64,000 bases of DNA from an uncultured candidate division Zixibacteria bacterium (GCA_963817915.1 CAWFQL010000010.1:1-64000), one strand, 5' to 3'. Shown: positions 50,647 through 62,311, counted from the first letter of the stretch. Translations and numbers: made by a program. The notes: generated from the sequence alone by a model not told the origin.

Positions 50647-51147
50647 TTACTCAAATACTATCAAAGTCTGATTCTTATCCACCGCCTGCCGCGTGCCGAT
50701 TTTTATCTCTTTGATTATTCCGGACGCAGGGGCCTTTAGCTCATTTTCCATTTTCATGGCTTCCATAATCACCAGGCCGTCACCCTTCTTCACCTTTTGG
50801 CCGACTTCAACTTCGATTTTCAGTATCAATCCCGGCATCGGTGCCTTTAGCGATGATACCTTCGATTTATTTTCGGTATTGCCCATCAGGCTTTTGAAGC
50901 GCGCCGTTTTCTCATCGACCACGTCGCCATTGAGCCGACCGCCATTGCTCCAGATAATATAGCCGCTCTCGGCCTTTTCGAATTCCAGTTCGTAATGGCG
51001 ATTTTCAACTAATATCGAATGTGATTTATTACCGTTCGAATTCAAATAGCTGAAGTTGATTTTTTCGCCGTTAATGATAGCATTGGAATCGGAACCATCC
51101 AATTCGATTTCAAATTTTCTTTCGCCAATCGTGACAATATATTTCAT
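50647..51147 (-). CDS. Biotin carboxyl carrier subunit of an acyl-CoA carboxylase
   Basis: [17 protein letters not shown] overlaps the upstream stop. Confidence 0.93.
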   Translation of the reverse strand: MKYIVTIGERKFEIELDGSDSNAIINGEKINFSYLNSNGNKSHSILVENRHYELEFEKAESGYIIWSNGGRLNGDVVDEKTARFKSLMGNTENKSKVSSLKAPMPGLILKIEVEVGQKVKKGDGLVIMEAMKMENELKAPASGIIKEIKIGTRQAVDKNQTLIVFE

Positions 51148-52661
51148 CGCCATCCTCCATTGAATGGCTTGACAGCCTGATTCGCTCGTCCGCTGGCCTT
51201 CCATTGCGACTTCACGGACTTTTGGTTTAGCGAAATTGTATTTTTGCTTTTGGATCGATGCTCAACCAACGCCATTGTCAGGGCCGCGGCTTTCTCCATT
51301 GATTCATCTGATTTTGACGAAGGATCGTAATATTCCGCTATGAAATTAGTCGATAGATTCCCTTTAACAAATTCCGGATGGTTCAAAATAACTTTGTGAA
51401 ATTCAATATTGGTCGTAATACCGGCGATTCTGTATTCATCGAGCGCGCGCAGCATCCTGCCGATCGCTTGCGAGCGGTCTTTCCCGAATGTCACTAATTT
51501 TGCGATCATCGGGTCATAATAAACGCTGATTTCCATCCCCTCATAAACGCCGCTATCAACCCTTACACCCGGCCCCGAAGGCTGATTGTACCCTCTAATC
51601 ACTCCGGTGGATGGCATGAAATTCGATTGCGAATCCTCGGCATATATACGGCATTCGATGGAGTGCCCCTTGATCTCGATATCGTCCTGTTTGAATGACA
51701 GCTTCTCGCCCGCCGCGATTCTAATCTGCTCGACCGCTAAATCTATCCCTGTGACCATCTCAGTCACCGGATGCTCCACTTGCAGACGAGTATTCATTTC
51801 GAGAAAATAAAATTTCCGCTCGTTGTCAGCCAGGAACTCGACAGTCCCCGCGTTAACATACCTGGCCGCTTTCGCCGCGGCAACCGCGGCCTCACCCATA
51901 CGCCGTCTCATTTCGGAATCGACTAATACGCTTGGTGCTTCTTCAATTACCTTTTGGTGACGTCTCTGTATCGAGCATTCACGTTCGCCGAGATAGATAT
52001 AGTTGCCATGCGAATCGGCGATTATCTGAATTTCAATATGTCGCGGATGATGCAGGTATTTTTCGATATAAATCCTGTCATCCCCGAATGCCGATTTCGC
52101 TTCAGACTTCGCGCCTCGAAATGCCGATTTGATTTCGTCGCGACTATTTACAACCCGCATCCCTTTGCCGCCACCGCCGCCTGCCGCTTTAATTAATACC
52201 GGATATCCGATTTCTTCAGCGATCTTGATACACGATGCCTCATCATCGATTTTATCCTGCGTGCCCGGCACAACCGGCACTTTCGCCTTCATCATCGCCT
52301 TGCGGGCCGCCATCTTGTCGCCCATCATCTCTATTGCCGATGGCGGTGGACCTATAAAAATCAAACCAGCTTTTTCGCATGCACGAGCAAAATTCGGATT
52401 TTCCGATAAGAAGCCGTACCCCGGATGAATCGCCTCCGCCCCGGCCTTTTTCGCGGTCGAAATTATTTTATCGATTACCAAATAAGATTCCGACGACGGA
52501 GCGGGGCCAATATGATATGCCTCATCCGCCAGACGAACATGCAGCGATGTTCTGTCGGCATCGGAAAAAACCGCCACGGCCTGTATTCCCAAATCATGGC
52601 AGGCGCGAATCACCCTGACCGCAATCTCGCCTCTATTGGCAATCAAAACCTTTTTAAACAG
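51144..52661 (-). CDS. accC: Biotin carboxylase subunit of an acyl-CoA carboxylase
   Basis: [51 protein letters not shown]. Confidence 0.93.
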   Translation of the reverse strand: MFKKVLIANRGEIAVRVIRACHDLGIQAVAVFSDADRTSLHVRLADEAYHIGPAPSSESYLVIDKIISTAKKAGAEAIHPGYGFLSENPNFARACEKAGLIFIGPPPSAIEMMGDKMAARKAMMKAKVPVVPGTQDKIDDEASCIKIAEEIGYPVLIKAAGGGGGKGMRVVNSRDEIKSAFRGAKSEAKSAFGDDRIYIEKYLHHPRHIEIQIIADSHGNYIYLGERECSIQRRHQKVIEEAPSVLVDSEMRRRMGEAAVAAAKAARYVNAGTVEFLADNERKFYFLEMNTRLQVEHPVTEMVTGIDLAVEQIRIAAGEKLSFKQDDIEIKGHSIECRIYAEDSQSNFMPSTGVIRGYNQPSGPGVRVDSGVYEGMEISVYYDPMIAKLVTFGKDRSQAIGRMLRALDEYRIAGITTNIEFHKVILNHPEFVKGNLSTNFIAEYYDPSSKSDESMEKAAALTMALVEHRSKSKNTISLNQKSVKSQWKASGRANQAVKPFNGGWR

Positions 52662-52685
52662 AATAAACCTCGCTCATAACTAATA

Positions 52686-53351
52686 CTATATCGGCCAATC
52701 TTTCATATTCCAAGCCATTTCCCAAAACATGTATTCCAACCTTGAGCTCATATCGAATGTTTCCTGCATCGAATGTAATTCATTCTGCGGCGCCGATCTG
52801 GCATAATCATCGACTATTGTTCTATAATGCTTAATCATCTTATCATAATCATCCGACGCGTATGTCTCGATCCATTGACGATAATGCTTCTCATCCGGCA
52901 GGCCTTGTTTTTTTAAACGTTGCCCAATTTCGACATATCCCCATCCACATGGCAGAAATCCGCAAAGTATATCGCCGGTCGATCCCAGCAACGCCGACTT
53001 AATCAGATATGATGTATAGTTCAAACAATCCGGCGCTGGACGAGTCCTTTCAAGATCAGTAGATGTAATTCCAAAATCAGCGCAGATACTGCGATGCAAT
53101 TCCATCTCGCCCGTCAATGTCAGATGTGCTATTTCGATAAATCCTGTCATCAAACCAAGGTCGCGTTGACGAATAGCCACCAGCGAAAGATAACGGGCGA
53201 AATCGATTAGATAGACATAATCCTGCTTGAGAAAGAATATGAATTTATCTTTGGGAAGTGTCCCATTGCCAATACCCTGCACGAATGGGTGGCTGTAATT
53301 CGCCTCCCATATCGCGTCGGCGTTATTTCTCATTTCGTCAGTAAATCCCAT
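52686..53351 (-). CDS. tenA: Thiaminase II / aminopyrimidine aminohydrolase
   Basis: HPFV..IG.GTL, QDYVYL, LPCGWGY, WIETY, E..FWEMA. Confidence 0.92.
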   Translation of the reverse strand: MGFTDEMRNNADAIWEANYSHPFVQGIGNGTLPKDKFIFFLKQDYVYLIDFARYLSLVAIRQRDLGLMTGFIEIAHLTLTGEMELHRSICADFGITSTDLERTRPAPDCLNYTSYLIKSALLGSTGDILCGFLPCGWGYVEIGQRLKKQGLPDEKHYRQWIETYASDDYDKMIKHYRTIVDDYARSAPQNELHSMQETFDMSSRLEYMFWEMAWNMKDWPI

Positions 53352-53440
53352 AATATCGTTTTCTTGATCGTAGGTCGAAACCTTTATGGTTTCTACATCT
53401 GGAAAATATTGTCGAAAGAGCAAACCTTTCAACCTACTTA

Positions 53441-53887
53441 TTATTTTCGCAATGAATCCTTATACTCTTTGAGTTTGGCAGTATGCCAGCCGTTATGTTC
53501 GATAACAACTCCGCTGAGCCATTTTGGCGGACCGCCTCTCTTATTCCAAACATCGGCAGGGACGGCGGAAACATCCATTATAAGTGCTTCGTGAGTGGCA
53601 TTGTATAATTTCAATACCTGCTCGTAGGAAAGATGCTTCATGCTTTCATACCATAGTTCATTGAATTTTAGATATTCCTTGGCATAGGAGAAATCGATTT
53701 CATTGCCGGTGCGCCAGATAGCAAATAGCTTAAGTACTTCGCCCTCCCACATGGCAACATGCAGAACTACATCGCGCGCGGACCATTTGCCTATAGTGCT
53801 TTCCCGAATCATTTCCTCTTCGGTCAATCCATCAATCGACTCCAACAAATTAGTGCGTGATTTATTAAGATCATCTACAATCTGCAT
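53441..53887 (-). CDS. DinB/YfiT-like four-helix-bundle protein
   Basis: GKWSARDVVLHVAMWE and C-terminal EH...H. Confidence 0.75.
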   Translation of the reverse strand: MQIVDDLNKSRTNLLESIDGLTEEEMIRESTIGKWSARDVVLHVAMWEGEVLKLFAIWRTGNEIDFSYAKEYLKFNELWYESMKHLSYEQVLKLYNATHEALIMDVSAVPADVWNKRGGPPKWLSGVVIEHNGWHTAKLKEYKDSLRK

Positions 53888-53963
53888 GTCATCCTCTCAT
53901 CATTTCAACAAAAGCATAATCCCGTATCTACCTGTCTATGAAGATAAAATTTATATTCTCGAT

Positions 53964-54445
53964 GGTCAACGATAATCGCTTTGGCGGGTAGGCCCGAACC
54001 CCTGCGGTTCGGGCTCTTTTTTGACCGCGCCGTAATGTATCGGCCCTCGAGCGAGTGCGATATTGGGCGGCAGTGGTCATCGACTGCCCCTCACGAAGTT
54101 TTGATAAAGGGCAGCCGGGACGTCTGCCGCTCAGCCAATCCCCGGTTATTGCGAGGAATCCGCCGAAGGCGGATGACAAAGCAATCTGAAGGCTGTCCCC
54201 AGATTGCTTCGTCCGGCAAATGCCGGACTCGCAAAGACAACTGTAGGATCAAAATGATCAATGATAATCGACTAATGAGTAGGCCCGAGCCCCCGCAGTT
54301 TAAGCGGTGTCAGGAATCCCTTCCTGACACCTTACGCGGGGAACGGTCATGAAGGGATTCATGACCGCGCCGTAAAATAAAATAGGGGCTCAAAATTTTG
54401 AACCCCTACAATTCCATATCATCGTCGGGTCAGACGACTCGACGA
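53964..54445. repeat. Cluster of REP-like palindromes (GTAG- and GTCATTGCGAG-type)
   Basis: GTAGGCCCGAACCCC..GGTTCGGGC, GGCAGTGGTCATCGACTGCC, TTGCGAG..GCAATC..GATTGC..CTCGCAA, and others. Confidence 0.8.
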
Positions 54446-54458
54446 AACAAAATATCTC

Positions 54459-54992
54459 TTACACCGCCGCGGCGCCTTTATCGATCGCCTTCTTGTTCAT
54501 ATCGAGCATCGCTTCGGTCGCGCGCGGATAGACCTTCTTGATATTATTTTTCAACGTATCCAATTTGATCGCGCCGGTCTTTTTGATGTAAGCGCCGAGC
54601 ATGACCATATTGGCGGCCTTGAGATTGCCAAGACTCTCCGCGAGATCATTCACCGGCACATCGACAATATTAATATCGGTGCGCTTTGGACGAGACGAAA
54701 CCAGCGACGTATTGATTATCATCAAACCGCCCGGCTTCAATGACGATTCGAATTTGCCCAATGACGGCTCATTCATGATGAGAAGCGTATCGGGGCTGCC
54801 GACTACCGGCGAGGCCACGGGATCGGTCGAAATAACTACCGAACAGTTGGCCGTACCGCCTCTCATCTCAGCGCCATAAGCGGGGAAGAATGTGACATTG
54901 AGTCCGTCCATCATACCGGCATAGGCCAGCATGATTCCACCGGAGATTATCCCCTGTCCCCCGAAGCCAGACATGATTACACCTTGATACAT
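54459..54992 (-). CDS. 2-oxoacid:ferredoxin oxidoreductase gamma subunit
   Basis: GFGGQG, YGAEMRGGTANC, NMVMLGA. Confidence 0.93.
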   Translation of the reverse strand: MYQGVIMSGFGGQGIISGGIMLAYAGMMDGLNVTFFPAYGAEMRGGTANCSVVISTDPVASPVVGSPDTLLIMNEPSLGKFESSLKPGGLMIINTSLVSSRPKRTDINIVDVPVNDLAESLGNLKAANMVMLGAYIKKTGAIKLDTLKNNIKKVYPRATEAMLDMNKKAIDKGAAAV

Positions 54993-55007
54993 GATATGAC
55001 TCCCTTC

Positions 55008-55784
55008 CTACTCATCATCCGATGATTTTGATGTGCCACGTTTATCGTCTTCCGGCTCTTTGTAAATTCCAAGCGGGAAGTATGGAATCATCTCTTTCCT
55101 AACTCTCTCGAGCGAATTGAGCGGCGTCATGCCCCAATCGGTCGGGCATTGAGAAAGCACTTCTACCAATGTAAAACCGCGTTTCTGAATCTGATATTCT
55201 AATGCTCTCTTGATGGCTTTTTTCGTTTTTATCACACCAGCCGGTTTATCAACCGTGGTTCTCTCAAGATAGACCGGGCCATCGAGCGCGGCCAACAATT
55301 CGCATACTCGAATAGGATAGCCGTTGGCAGCGACGGTTCGGCCCGCCGGCGATGTTGTCGAACGCATTCCAAGCAATGTTGTCGGGGCCATCTGGCCGCC
55401 GGTCATGCCATAGATAGCGTTATTGATGAATATGATCGTGATATTTTCCGAACGGGCGGCGGCGTGAATAGTCTCGGCCATCCCTATCGATGCCAGATCG
55501 CCATCGCCTTGATATGAAAATACTAATTTGTCCGGCAGATTTCTTTTGATACCGGTAGCGATCGCCGGACCTCTGCCGTGCGCTCCCTGAATCATATCGC
55601 AATTGAAATACTCATCCGCGAAAACCGAGCATCCGACAGGCGCGACACCAATAGTCTTATCGCCCATTCCAAGTTCGGTATAGCATTCGGCCAGCAATCG
55701 ATGGACTACGCCATGACCGCAGCCGGGGCAGTAACGCATGGGAGTCGAAGTCAGCCCGTTAGTTCTTTGAAATACTATTTCCAT
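55008..55784 (-). CDS. 2-oxoacid:ferredoxin oxidoreductase beta (TPP-binding) subunit
   Basis: YCPGCGHG, HGRG, GDGD..NN..YGMTGGQ, CPT. Confidence 0.95.
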   Translation of the reverse strand: MEIVFQRTNGLTSTPMRYCPGCGHGVVHRLLAECYTELGMGDKTIGVAPVGCSVFADEYFNCDMIQGAHGRGPAIATGIKRNLPDKLVFSYQGDGDLASIGMAETIHAAARSENITIIFINNAIYGMTGGQMAPTTLLGMRSTTSPAGRTVAANGYPIRVCELLAALDGPVYLERTTVDKPAGVIKTKKAIKRALEYQIQKRGFTLVEVLSQCPTDWGMTPLNSLERVRKEMIPYFPLGIYKEPEDDKRGTSKSSDDE

Positions 55785-55803
55785 TATCTATCTCCAATCC
55801 CGG

Positions 55804-56892
55804 CTATGGCCTGATATAAAGTTTATAGTCATCGCCCGAGAGTATTTTCTTCGTGATTTCCAAAATTTCTTCGCCGGTCGGAATACCGCCCGCGGGACGT
55901 TTGTGAAGATGAATCTCAGCCTTGCCATTAATTGACAATTGGACATCTTCAACATATTGGCCCAGACTCATTTCCACGACCAGAAACTTCTTCACCTTCT
56001 TCGCCAGGTCTCTGAATACCTGAGTCGGGAATGGCCAAACTGTTATCGGGCGAATGAAACCGATTTTCAATCCTTCTCGTCGACCCAAATTCATCGCTGT
56101 CTCGCAAATTCTGGCCGAGGTTCCGTAAGCCGTCAGGATTATATCGGCGCCATCGGTATTCAATTTTTCATATCGAATTTCATTGGCAGTGATGAGATTG
56201 TATTTTTCTTCCAGACGGAAATTCCATTTCTCCATTTTCAATGGAGCCAGGTCATAGGATTTGACGATTCGCCTGTTATCGCCGCTCCCGCCTCTCAACG
56301 CCCATGTGGGCAATGAAAACGATTTGGGATCAATTTTATCAAAATCGAATTCGATCGGTTCCATCATTTGGCCTAAAATTCCATCGGCCAGGATCATCGT
56401 AGGAATCCGATACTTGAAGGCAACTTCGTAGCAAATTTTGGGGAAATTCGCCATCTCGCCGACAGTCTTCGGCGCCATTACGAAAACTCTGTAATCGCCG
56501 TGCCCGCCGCCACGAGTAGCCTGGAAATAATCGCCCTGCGATGGCGCGATATTGCCAAGTCCCGGCCCACCGCGAACAACATTGGCGAAAAATATGGGTA
56601 GCTCTGCAGAAGCACAATATGAGATACCCTCCTGCTTCAAGCTGATACCCGGCGACGATGATGATGTCATCGTGCGCGTGCCGGTAGCTGACGCTCCGAA
56701 CAGCATATTAATAGCGGATACTTCGGATTCGGCCTGAAGGAATGTTCCTCCCACCTCCGGCAATCGCCACGACATGTATTCCGGGATTTCGTTTTGTGGT
56801 GTAATTGGATAGCCCGCGAAAAAACGACAACCGGCCCTGACCGCACCCTCGGCCACGGCCTCATTACCCTTCATCATGATTCTTTCACCCAT
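55804..56892 (-). CDS. 2-oxoacid:ferredoxin oxidoreductase alpha subunit (VorB-like)
   Basis: GNEA, GYPITPQ, QAESE, TSSSSPG, RGGPGLG, GGGHGD. Confidence 0.93.
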   Translation of the reverse strand: MGERIMMKGNEAVAEGAVRAGCRFFAGYPITPQNEIPEYMSWRLPEVGGTFLQAESEVSAINMLFGASATGTRTMTSSSSPGISLKQEGISYCASAELPIFFANVVRGGPGLGNIAPSQGDYFQATRGGGHGDYRVFVMAPKTVGEMANFPKICYEVAFKYRIPTMILADGILGQMMEPIEFDFDKIDPKSFSLPTWALRGGSGDNRRIVKSYDLAPLKMEKWNFRLEEKYNLITANEIRYEKLNTDGADIILTAYGTSARICETAMNLGRREGLKIGFIRPITVWPFPTQVFRDLAKKVKKFLVVEMSLGQYVEDVQLSINGKAEIHLHKRPAGGIPTGEEILEITKKILSGDDYKLYIRP

Positions 56893-56904
56893 TATCAATC
56901 CTTC

Positions 56905-57108
56905 CTACTTATAAACCGTGATGGCTACATCGGGGCAGACAAAGGCGCACAACCGGCAACCATTACATGCCGATGGATTCACCATTGTGGCCGGATAATA
57001 ACCTGTGGAGGAGAATGTTTTCGAAAGGCCAATAACTTTTTTGGGACATGAAGGGATACATAACTCGCACCCCTTGCAGAGTAGCGTATTTACATCTATT
57101 TTCGGCAT
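56905..57108 (-). CDS. 2x[4Fe-4S] ferredoxin (delta subunit)
   Basis: CKGCELCIPSCP and CNGCRLCAFVCP; GGAGG RBS before ATG 57108. Confidence 0.93.
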   Translation of the reverse strand: MPKIDVNTLLCKGCELCIPSCPKKVIGLSKTFSSTGYYPATMVNPSACNGCRLCAFVCPDVAITVYK

Positions 57109-57143
57109 CAAGAACCTCCTCAAAGTAAAGCCTAAACTCCCTG

Positions 57144-57172
57144 AATATAAGTTTACGCCTATGGGGGGTCAA
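57144..57172 (-). promoter_or_regulatory. Sigma70 promoter of the oxidoreductase operon
   Basis: TTGACC-17 nt-TATATT. Confidence 0.65.
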
Positions 57173-57205
57173 GGATTTAAGTAAAAAGTTCTATACTTGA
57201 AACAC

Positions 57206-57237
57206 AAAAAGAAAACCGCCCCACGAACATGGAGCGG
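57206..57237 (-). terminator. Intrinsic terminator after the small Zn-binding protein gene
   Basis: CCGCTCCA-loop-TGGGGCGG followed by TTTTCTTTTT. Confidence 0.75.
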
Positions 57238-57272
57238 CCAGAACAACTTAAAATCGAGTCTATTTTAATCTA

Positions 57273-57458
57273 TCAATAGTATTCTTTCTGATTGCACTTG
57301 CAGATCGGAACAATATTTCTTCTAAATCTGATAGACCCGCTGGCCGACGGTATCGGCAAGATTAATGCTGTCGGTGTCATTGGAGTCCCACATACCGGAC
57401 AGTTCATCACGTGTTTCTTTTTCGATGCCTTATCGGCGAATGATTGCCTTTTAGCCAT
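57273..57458 (-). CDS. Small basic Zn-binding protein (61 aa)
   Basis: GGAGG RBS, own terminator, MAKRQSFADK..CPVC..CKC. Confidence 0.8.
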   Translation of the reverse strand: MAKRQSFADKASKKKHVMNCPVCGTPMTPTALILPIPSASGSIRFRRNIVPICKCNQKEYY

Positions 57459-57539
57459 AAATCCTCCGTTGGCGCCAATATAATATCAGCCGTCAATAAT
57501 GCAAATGGTTTTTTTGCGGGTTTTTGACATAATTTATGT

Positions 57540-58424
57540 CTACCTTGTCCGGAATAAGACACCAATGGAATACGACCCGTAGGAATAGATATCGTCGATA
57601 CAGTCTTCTTTGAAAACATCTACGAGAAAATGCCCGAACATTGACGTATTGGGAAGCGCGAAGGTGACAATTCTTGTTTGGGATGAATCATTGGGTACAT
57701 CGATAGCAGTATAAACTCCCGCCGTCGTGGGGTAGCGAAATCTAATGAAATCCCTCGAATTTGGAGTATGGATATTAACAATGAGAGTTTCCCCCGGGGC
57801 AAACTGCAAAATTGAGGCTAACGGTTTCTCGGCGATATCGACAGCATGATTGGGGTATGAAACCGAGTTAATAATGATAGTGCTGATGCCTCCGATATAA
57901 GCGCCGGCATAACTCGCGTCCGATATATTCCGCAAGAGCCAACCTCTATGCGTATTATAATCGAATCCCATTTTGACAAAATATGCGGTCATTGTACCCT
58001 TGATTGAGAACGGCTTCGATAATCTTACAGGCGTGGAGCCGCCATTGGTTGTGTCGACACCGATTATTTCCAAAGTGCCCCAGAAAAATTTATCCACTGT
58101 TACATCGGCCACAGGCAGGCTGTCCGGAGGCGCGCCCTGAGGGGGATAGGTAATATGAATATCAATGAAAAGGGAATCTTTATTTACCATCCTCCAGAAA
58201 TGAAGCGGTCGAAATGAGCTACTTAGTCCCAATGTCGTATCGGGAATGGTACGATCAAGTAAATCGATATTAAACTCGGCCGTTCGATCATATCTGATAA
58301 TATTATAAATCGCGTCTTCATTGGTCGGCTCGAACGGTTTATCGACACCGGTAGCCCCGCATGATAAAATGACTGCCACCAAAGAAAACATCGATATCAG
58401 CCACATTCTAATTGTAGATTTCAT
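57540..58424 (-). CDS. Hypothetical lipoprotein
   Basis: Signal peptide with ILSC lipobox-like end; ATGA overlap with the uvrB stop. Confidence 0.7.
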   Translation of the reverse strand: MKSTIRMWLISMFSLVAVILSCGATGVDKPFEPTNEDAIYNIIRYDRTAEFNIDLLDRTIPDTTLGLSSSFRPLHFWRMVNKDSLFIDIHITYPPQGAPPDSLPVADVTVDKFFWGTLEIIGVDTTNGGSTPVRLSKPFSIKGTMTAYFVKMGFDYNTHRGWLLRNISDASYAGAYIGGISTIIINSVSYPNHAVDIAEKPLASILQFAPGETLIVNIHTPNSRDFIRFRYPTTAGVYTAIDVPNDSSQTRIVTFALPNTSMFGHFLVDVFKEDCIDDIYSYGSYSIGVLFRTR

Positions 58425-60417
58425 TTCTTATCAACCACCTTCCGCAAACGGGCAATCTCATCTCTCATTTCAGCCGCCTTTTCGAATTGCATATTTTTTG
58501 CCGCACCTTTCATCATTCTCTCCAGGGCTATGATTCGCTCCACATATTCCAAACGGGCAACAGCGTCGATCTCCTCCGACGCATTTTTCTCCGGCGCCAC
58601 AGTTTTGGCGTCGGCGAATGCCGTAGTTTTCATGATTTCCTCGCGAGTCTTGAAAATAGTCTCCGGTTCGATGCCATGGTCAATATTGTATTGCATCTGA
58701 ATTTTGCGCCGTCTATCGGTCTCGTAAATTGCTTTTCTCATAGACTCGGTGATTTCGTCGGCATACATGATAACTTCTCCGGCCTTATTCCTCGCGGCTC
58801 TACCGGAAGTTTGTATTAGTGATCTCTCAGAGCGAAGGAAGCCTTCCTTGTCAGCATCGAGAATGGCGACTAAAGATACTTCGGGCAAATCAAGCCCTTC
58901 TCTCAATAGATTAATGCCAACCAAAACATCAAATTCGGCCAGTCTAAGGTCTCGCAATATTTCGACTCTATCGATAGCGTCGATCTCGGAATGAAGATAT
59001 CTGACTTTGATATCCAGATTATGAAGGTACTCGGTCAAATCCTCGGCCATACGCTTGGTCAATGTGGTTACCAAAACCCGTTCCTTTTTCGCGACTCGCA
59101 TCTTAATCTGGGCAATCAAGTCGTCTATCTGAGTCTTAACCGGCTTTACGGTGATCAGAGGATCGATTAATCCGGTTGGGCGAATTATCTGCTCGACCAC
59201 GACGCCGCCCGATTTTTCGAGCTCATAATTCGATGGCGTTGCGGATACAAAAACCGCCTGATGAATTCGGCTTTCGAATTCCTCGAAATATAGCGGTCTG
59301 TTATCCAGCGCGGACGGAAGCCTGAAACCGAATTCGACAAGGGTTTCTTTACGCGATCTATCGCCTTTAAACATGCCGCGGATCTGGGGGATTGTCTGAT
59401 GAGATTCATCGATTATTAATAAGATAATCTTTCGGGAAAAAATCGAATAGTGTATATGGCGGCTCACCGGCTTTCCGTCCGGCAAGATGACGGGAATAAT
59501 TTTCTACCCCGGTGCAGTATCCGATTTCCTGCATCATCTCGATATCGTAATGAGTTCTCGATTCCAGTCTTTGGGCTTCGAGCAATTTGCCATTGTTTTT
59601 AAAGAATATCAGGCGATCGTTTAATTCCTTTTCGATATCGCCAGCGGCACGGGTGAGATTTTCCTCGCCGGTTACAAAATGCCGAGCCGGATATATCGAA
59701 TGCTTTTTCTTCTCTTCAAGCAAACGTCCATCAACAAGATCGACCAGTGATATTTTTTCAATCTGCTCGCCGAAGAATTCTATTCGAATAGCATATTCTT
59801 CATAGGCCGGATGGACTTCTACTACGTCTCCCCTGACCCGAAATTGCCCGCGTCCGAATTCGATATCATTTCGTGAGTAATGGATATCAATTAGCTGCTT
59901 TAGAAGTTTGTCCCGTTCGACTTCTTGACCGACCTCCAACATTATCAGCATATTTTTGTAATCGATCGGAGAGCCAAGTCCGTAAATGCAAGATACCGAT
60001 GATACGATCACGACATCTTCCCGTTCGAGAAGAGATGATGTCGCCCGCAATCTAAGGCGATCAATATCGTCATTGATCGATGTGTCCTTTTCAATGTAGG
60101 TGTCGCTCGACGGCACATAGGCTTCCGGCTGATAATAATCGTAATAGCTGATAAAAAACTCGACCGCGTTTTCCGGGAAAAATCCCTTTAATTCGCCGTA
60201 AAGCTGGGCGGCCAGTGTCTTATTATGCGACATTACCAAGGTCGGCCTGCCGTAATTGGCGATGACATTGGCCATGGTGAATGTCTTGCCCGAACCTGTA
60301 ACTCCAAGCAGTGTCTGGAATTTGTCGCCTCGTCTTGAGGGCTTCAGTCAGCTCGTTTATCGCCTGCGGCTGGTCGCCCTGCGGCGAATAACTGGATTGT
60401 AATTTGAATTCTGCCAT
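58421..60417 (-). CDS. uvrB: Excinuclease ABC subunit B, split by frameshifts into 3 ORFs
   Basis: [57 protein letters not shown]-terminal UVR domain. Confidence 0.96.
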
Positions 60418-60481
60418 AAGTTATAAATATATACAATTGAAACGGCAAAACCATTCTTAAATTATGAAAATATTTTCCCCG

Positions 60482-60754
60482 TGTCGTCGGGTCGCCGTAC
60501 CCGACGACAACCCAATTATAATTAATTTGATTCATTGCGTGTCAAAGCTTGCTTTGACCGCAGGATGTAGGGTCGCGGGGCAGGAGTGGAACACTCCTGC
60601 CAATAGAGCCCGGTCGGCAGGAGTCTTCGACTCCTTCCCGACTTTTCTTGCGAGTCAGTAGCAATAGGTTGCGTTTTGATCCGGCTTCTGCCGGAGAAAA
60701 CCCGACAATGCGAATCTTTTGTCGGGTTCTTTGAACCCGACCTACTCAGGCTAT
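60482..60754. repeat. Cluster of REP-like palindromes
   Basis: TGTCGTCGGGT..ACCCGACGACA; TGCGTGTCAAAGCTTGCTTTGACCGCA (also near 37255); GTCGGGTTC..GAACCCGACCTAC. Confidence 0.8.
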
Positions 60755-60772
60755 AAAAATATCTAATTTCGA

Positions 60773-62240
60773 TTATCTTAAATATATCAGCTTTAGGGTC
60801 TTGTCAATTTGTCCGGCTCTTGCTCTGGCGAAATAGATACCTGAAGAGATTTTATTTCCCATAGCATCCTGGGCGTCCCATTTTATTTGTCCCTCCAAAT
60901 TTTGTTCGGTCCCCAATTTCCTGATTAATTGCCCATTGATATTGTATATTTCTATCTCACCTCCTTCCATTCCTGAATAAGTTATTATAGTTGTCGAATT
61001 GAAAGGATTTGGATATGCAGATAAACCTGCAACAATTGGCATATATTCCTTACCCTTAATCCCAGAAGGCTCAGGGTCGTAGCGCTTATAATATATCTCA
61101 TCGTAAGAAACTCTCTTGCCACCAAACCACATGAAGTTTACTATTATTTTGGGAAATCCAAGGCGTGTAAGATGAACCAGAAACATCGCTAATTCGTTCA
61201 TAAGGAGACCAACTCTGACCCAAATTCGTGCTGGCGGAATAACATATGTCGGTCCCAAACGATGGATCCAAATCAGACCAGACAGCGTAAATGGAATCAC
61301 CCTTAATGGCAAGCGAGGGATTTGAAGCCTGATGATGAGTCGTGGCATATTGGATCTCACCCCAGTTCCGCCCACCATCAGTTGTGACGCGAACAAAAAT
61401 ATCTCCCGGGTAGCCATGGGAAAGAGCGAAGTCCATCCAGCCTACCGCCAGGTATCCCGTCTCCTCATCGCAGGCCACGCAGGAATGTTGTGCTACGTAA
61501 GGATCAGGAGAAGAGATAAAGAAATGGTCAGACCAATTCCGACCGCCATCGAAACTAACCATACCGTTAACCTCCCAACCCAAGTGCTCGGGAGGAGCGT
61601 TGCCCGACCAGATAATATAGAGACTGCCGCCGCAATTGACTATTTGGAGGGGATTGGTATAAGCATACAAATATCTCAGCGTAATTTCCCCACTCCAGCT
61701 CTGTCCTAAATCAGTGGAACGAAGGAATTTTAACGGTCTATACCCTGTAGAATCGCTGTGATTTGAACCATAAATGGCATAGACGGTGTCGCCTATTATT
61801 ACAAGAGAGAAGTCTTCAAAATTACCTCCTCGGACAGCGTCAAATACATATCCCGCCAACGACCACCCCCCTCCTCCAATGGACGTAGAAAAGCCGATGT
61901 TTCTTGGACTGTTTTCAGGATTAGTATCGATGTCATACCATGAGACAAGAAGCCTATCTCTGCTAAGGCAAAGACCAGGGGAGTCGCACTTGTGTCCTGA
62001 ATCTTGCAGGCTTATCGCTTGATCCCACTGGTTTCCCGCATCGAGACCACGCATATAGAAAATGGAATCCGTTGGAGCGATCTGCGCCGAAGTCACATGA
62101 ACGGTGTCGCCTCTAGCTATTATTTCGGGCTGGAAGTTATTGGACCCAAATTCCAGCTTTATATCTTCAGACCAGCCGGCATAGGCGGCACCGGCGGTCA
62201 GGGCTATTATCAGGACTATTAAAATCAGTAATCGGGGCAT
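60773..62240 (-). CDS. Secreted BNR/sialidase-like repeat protein with FlgD-Ig/T9SS-like C-terminus, copy 1 (frameshift near 61100)
   Basis: Signal MPRLLILIVL..AYA; STDLGQSW, SFDGGRNW, TTDGGRNW; AYPNPFNS..WDAQD..SGIYF..LIYLR. Confidence 0.82.
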
Positions 62241-62311
62241 ACTAAGCCTCTTCATCATATTTTGAAATATCCGCATATATAATAACATATTCTTCATAAT
62301 ATTCAAATACT

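Noticed and set aside
53928..54352. ORFs 53928-54179 and 53981-54352; likewise 37047-37350 and 60464-60661
   Set aside because: They run through palindromic repeat clusters and show no protein motifs
60418..60480. LexA-like box upstream of uvrB
   Set aside because: No TGCAC-N4-GTGCA-like sequence visible
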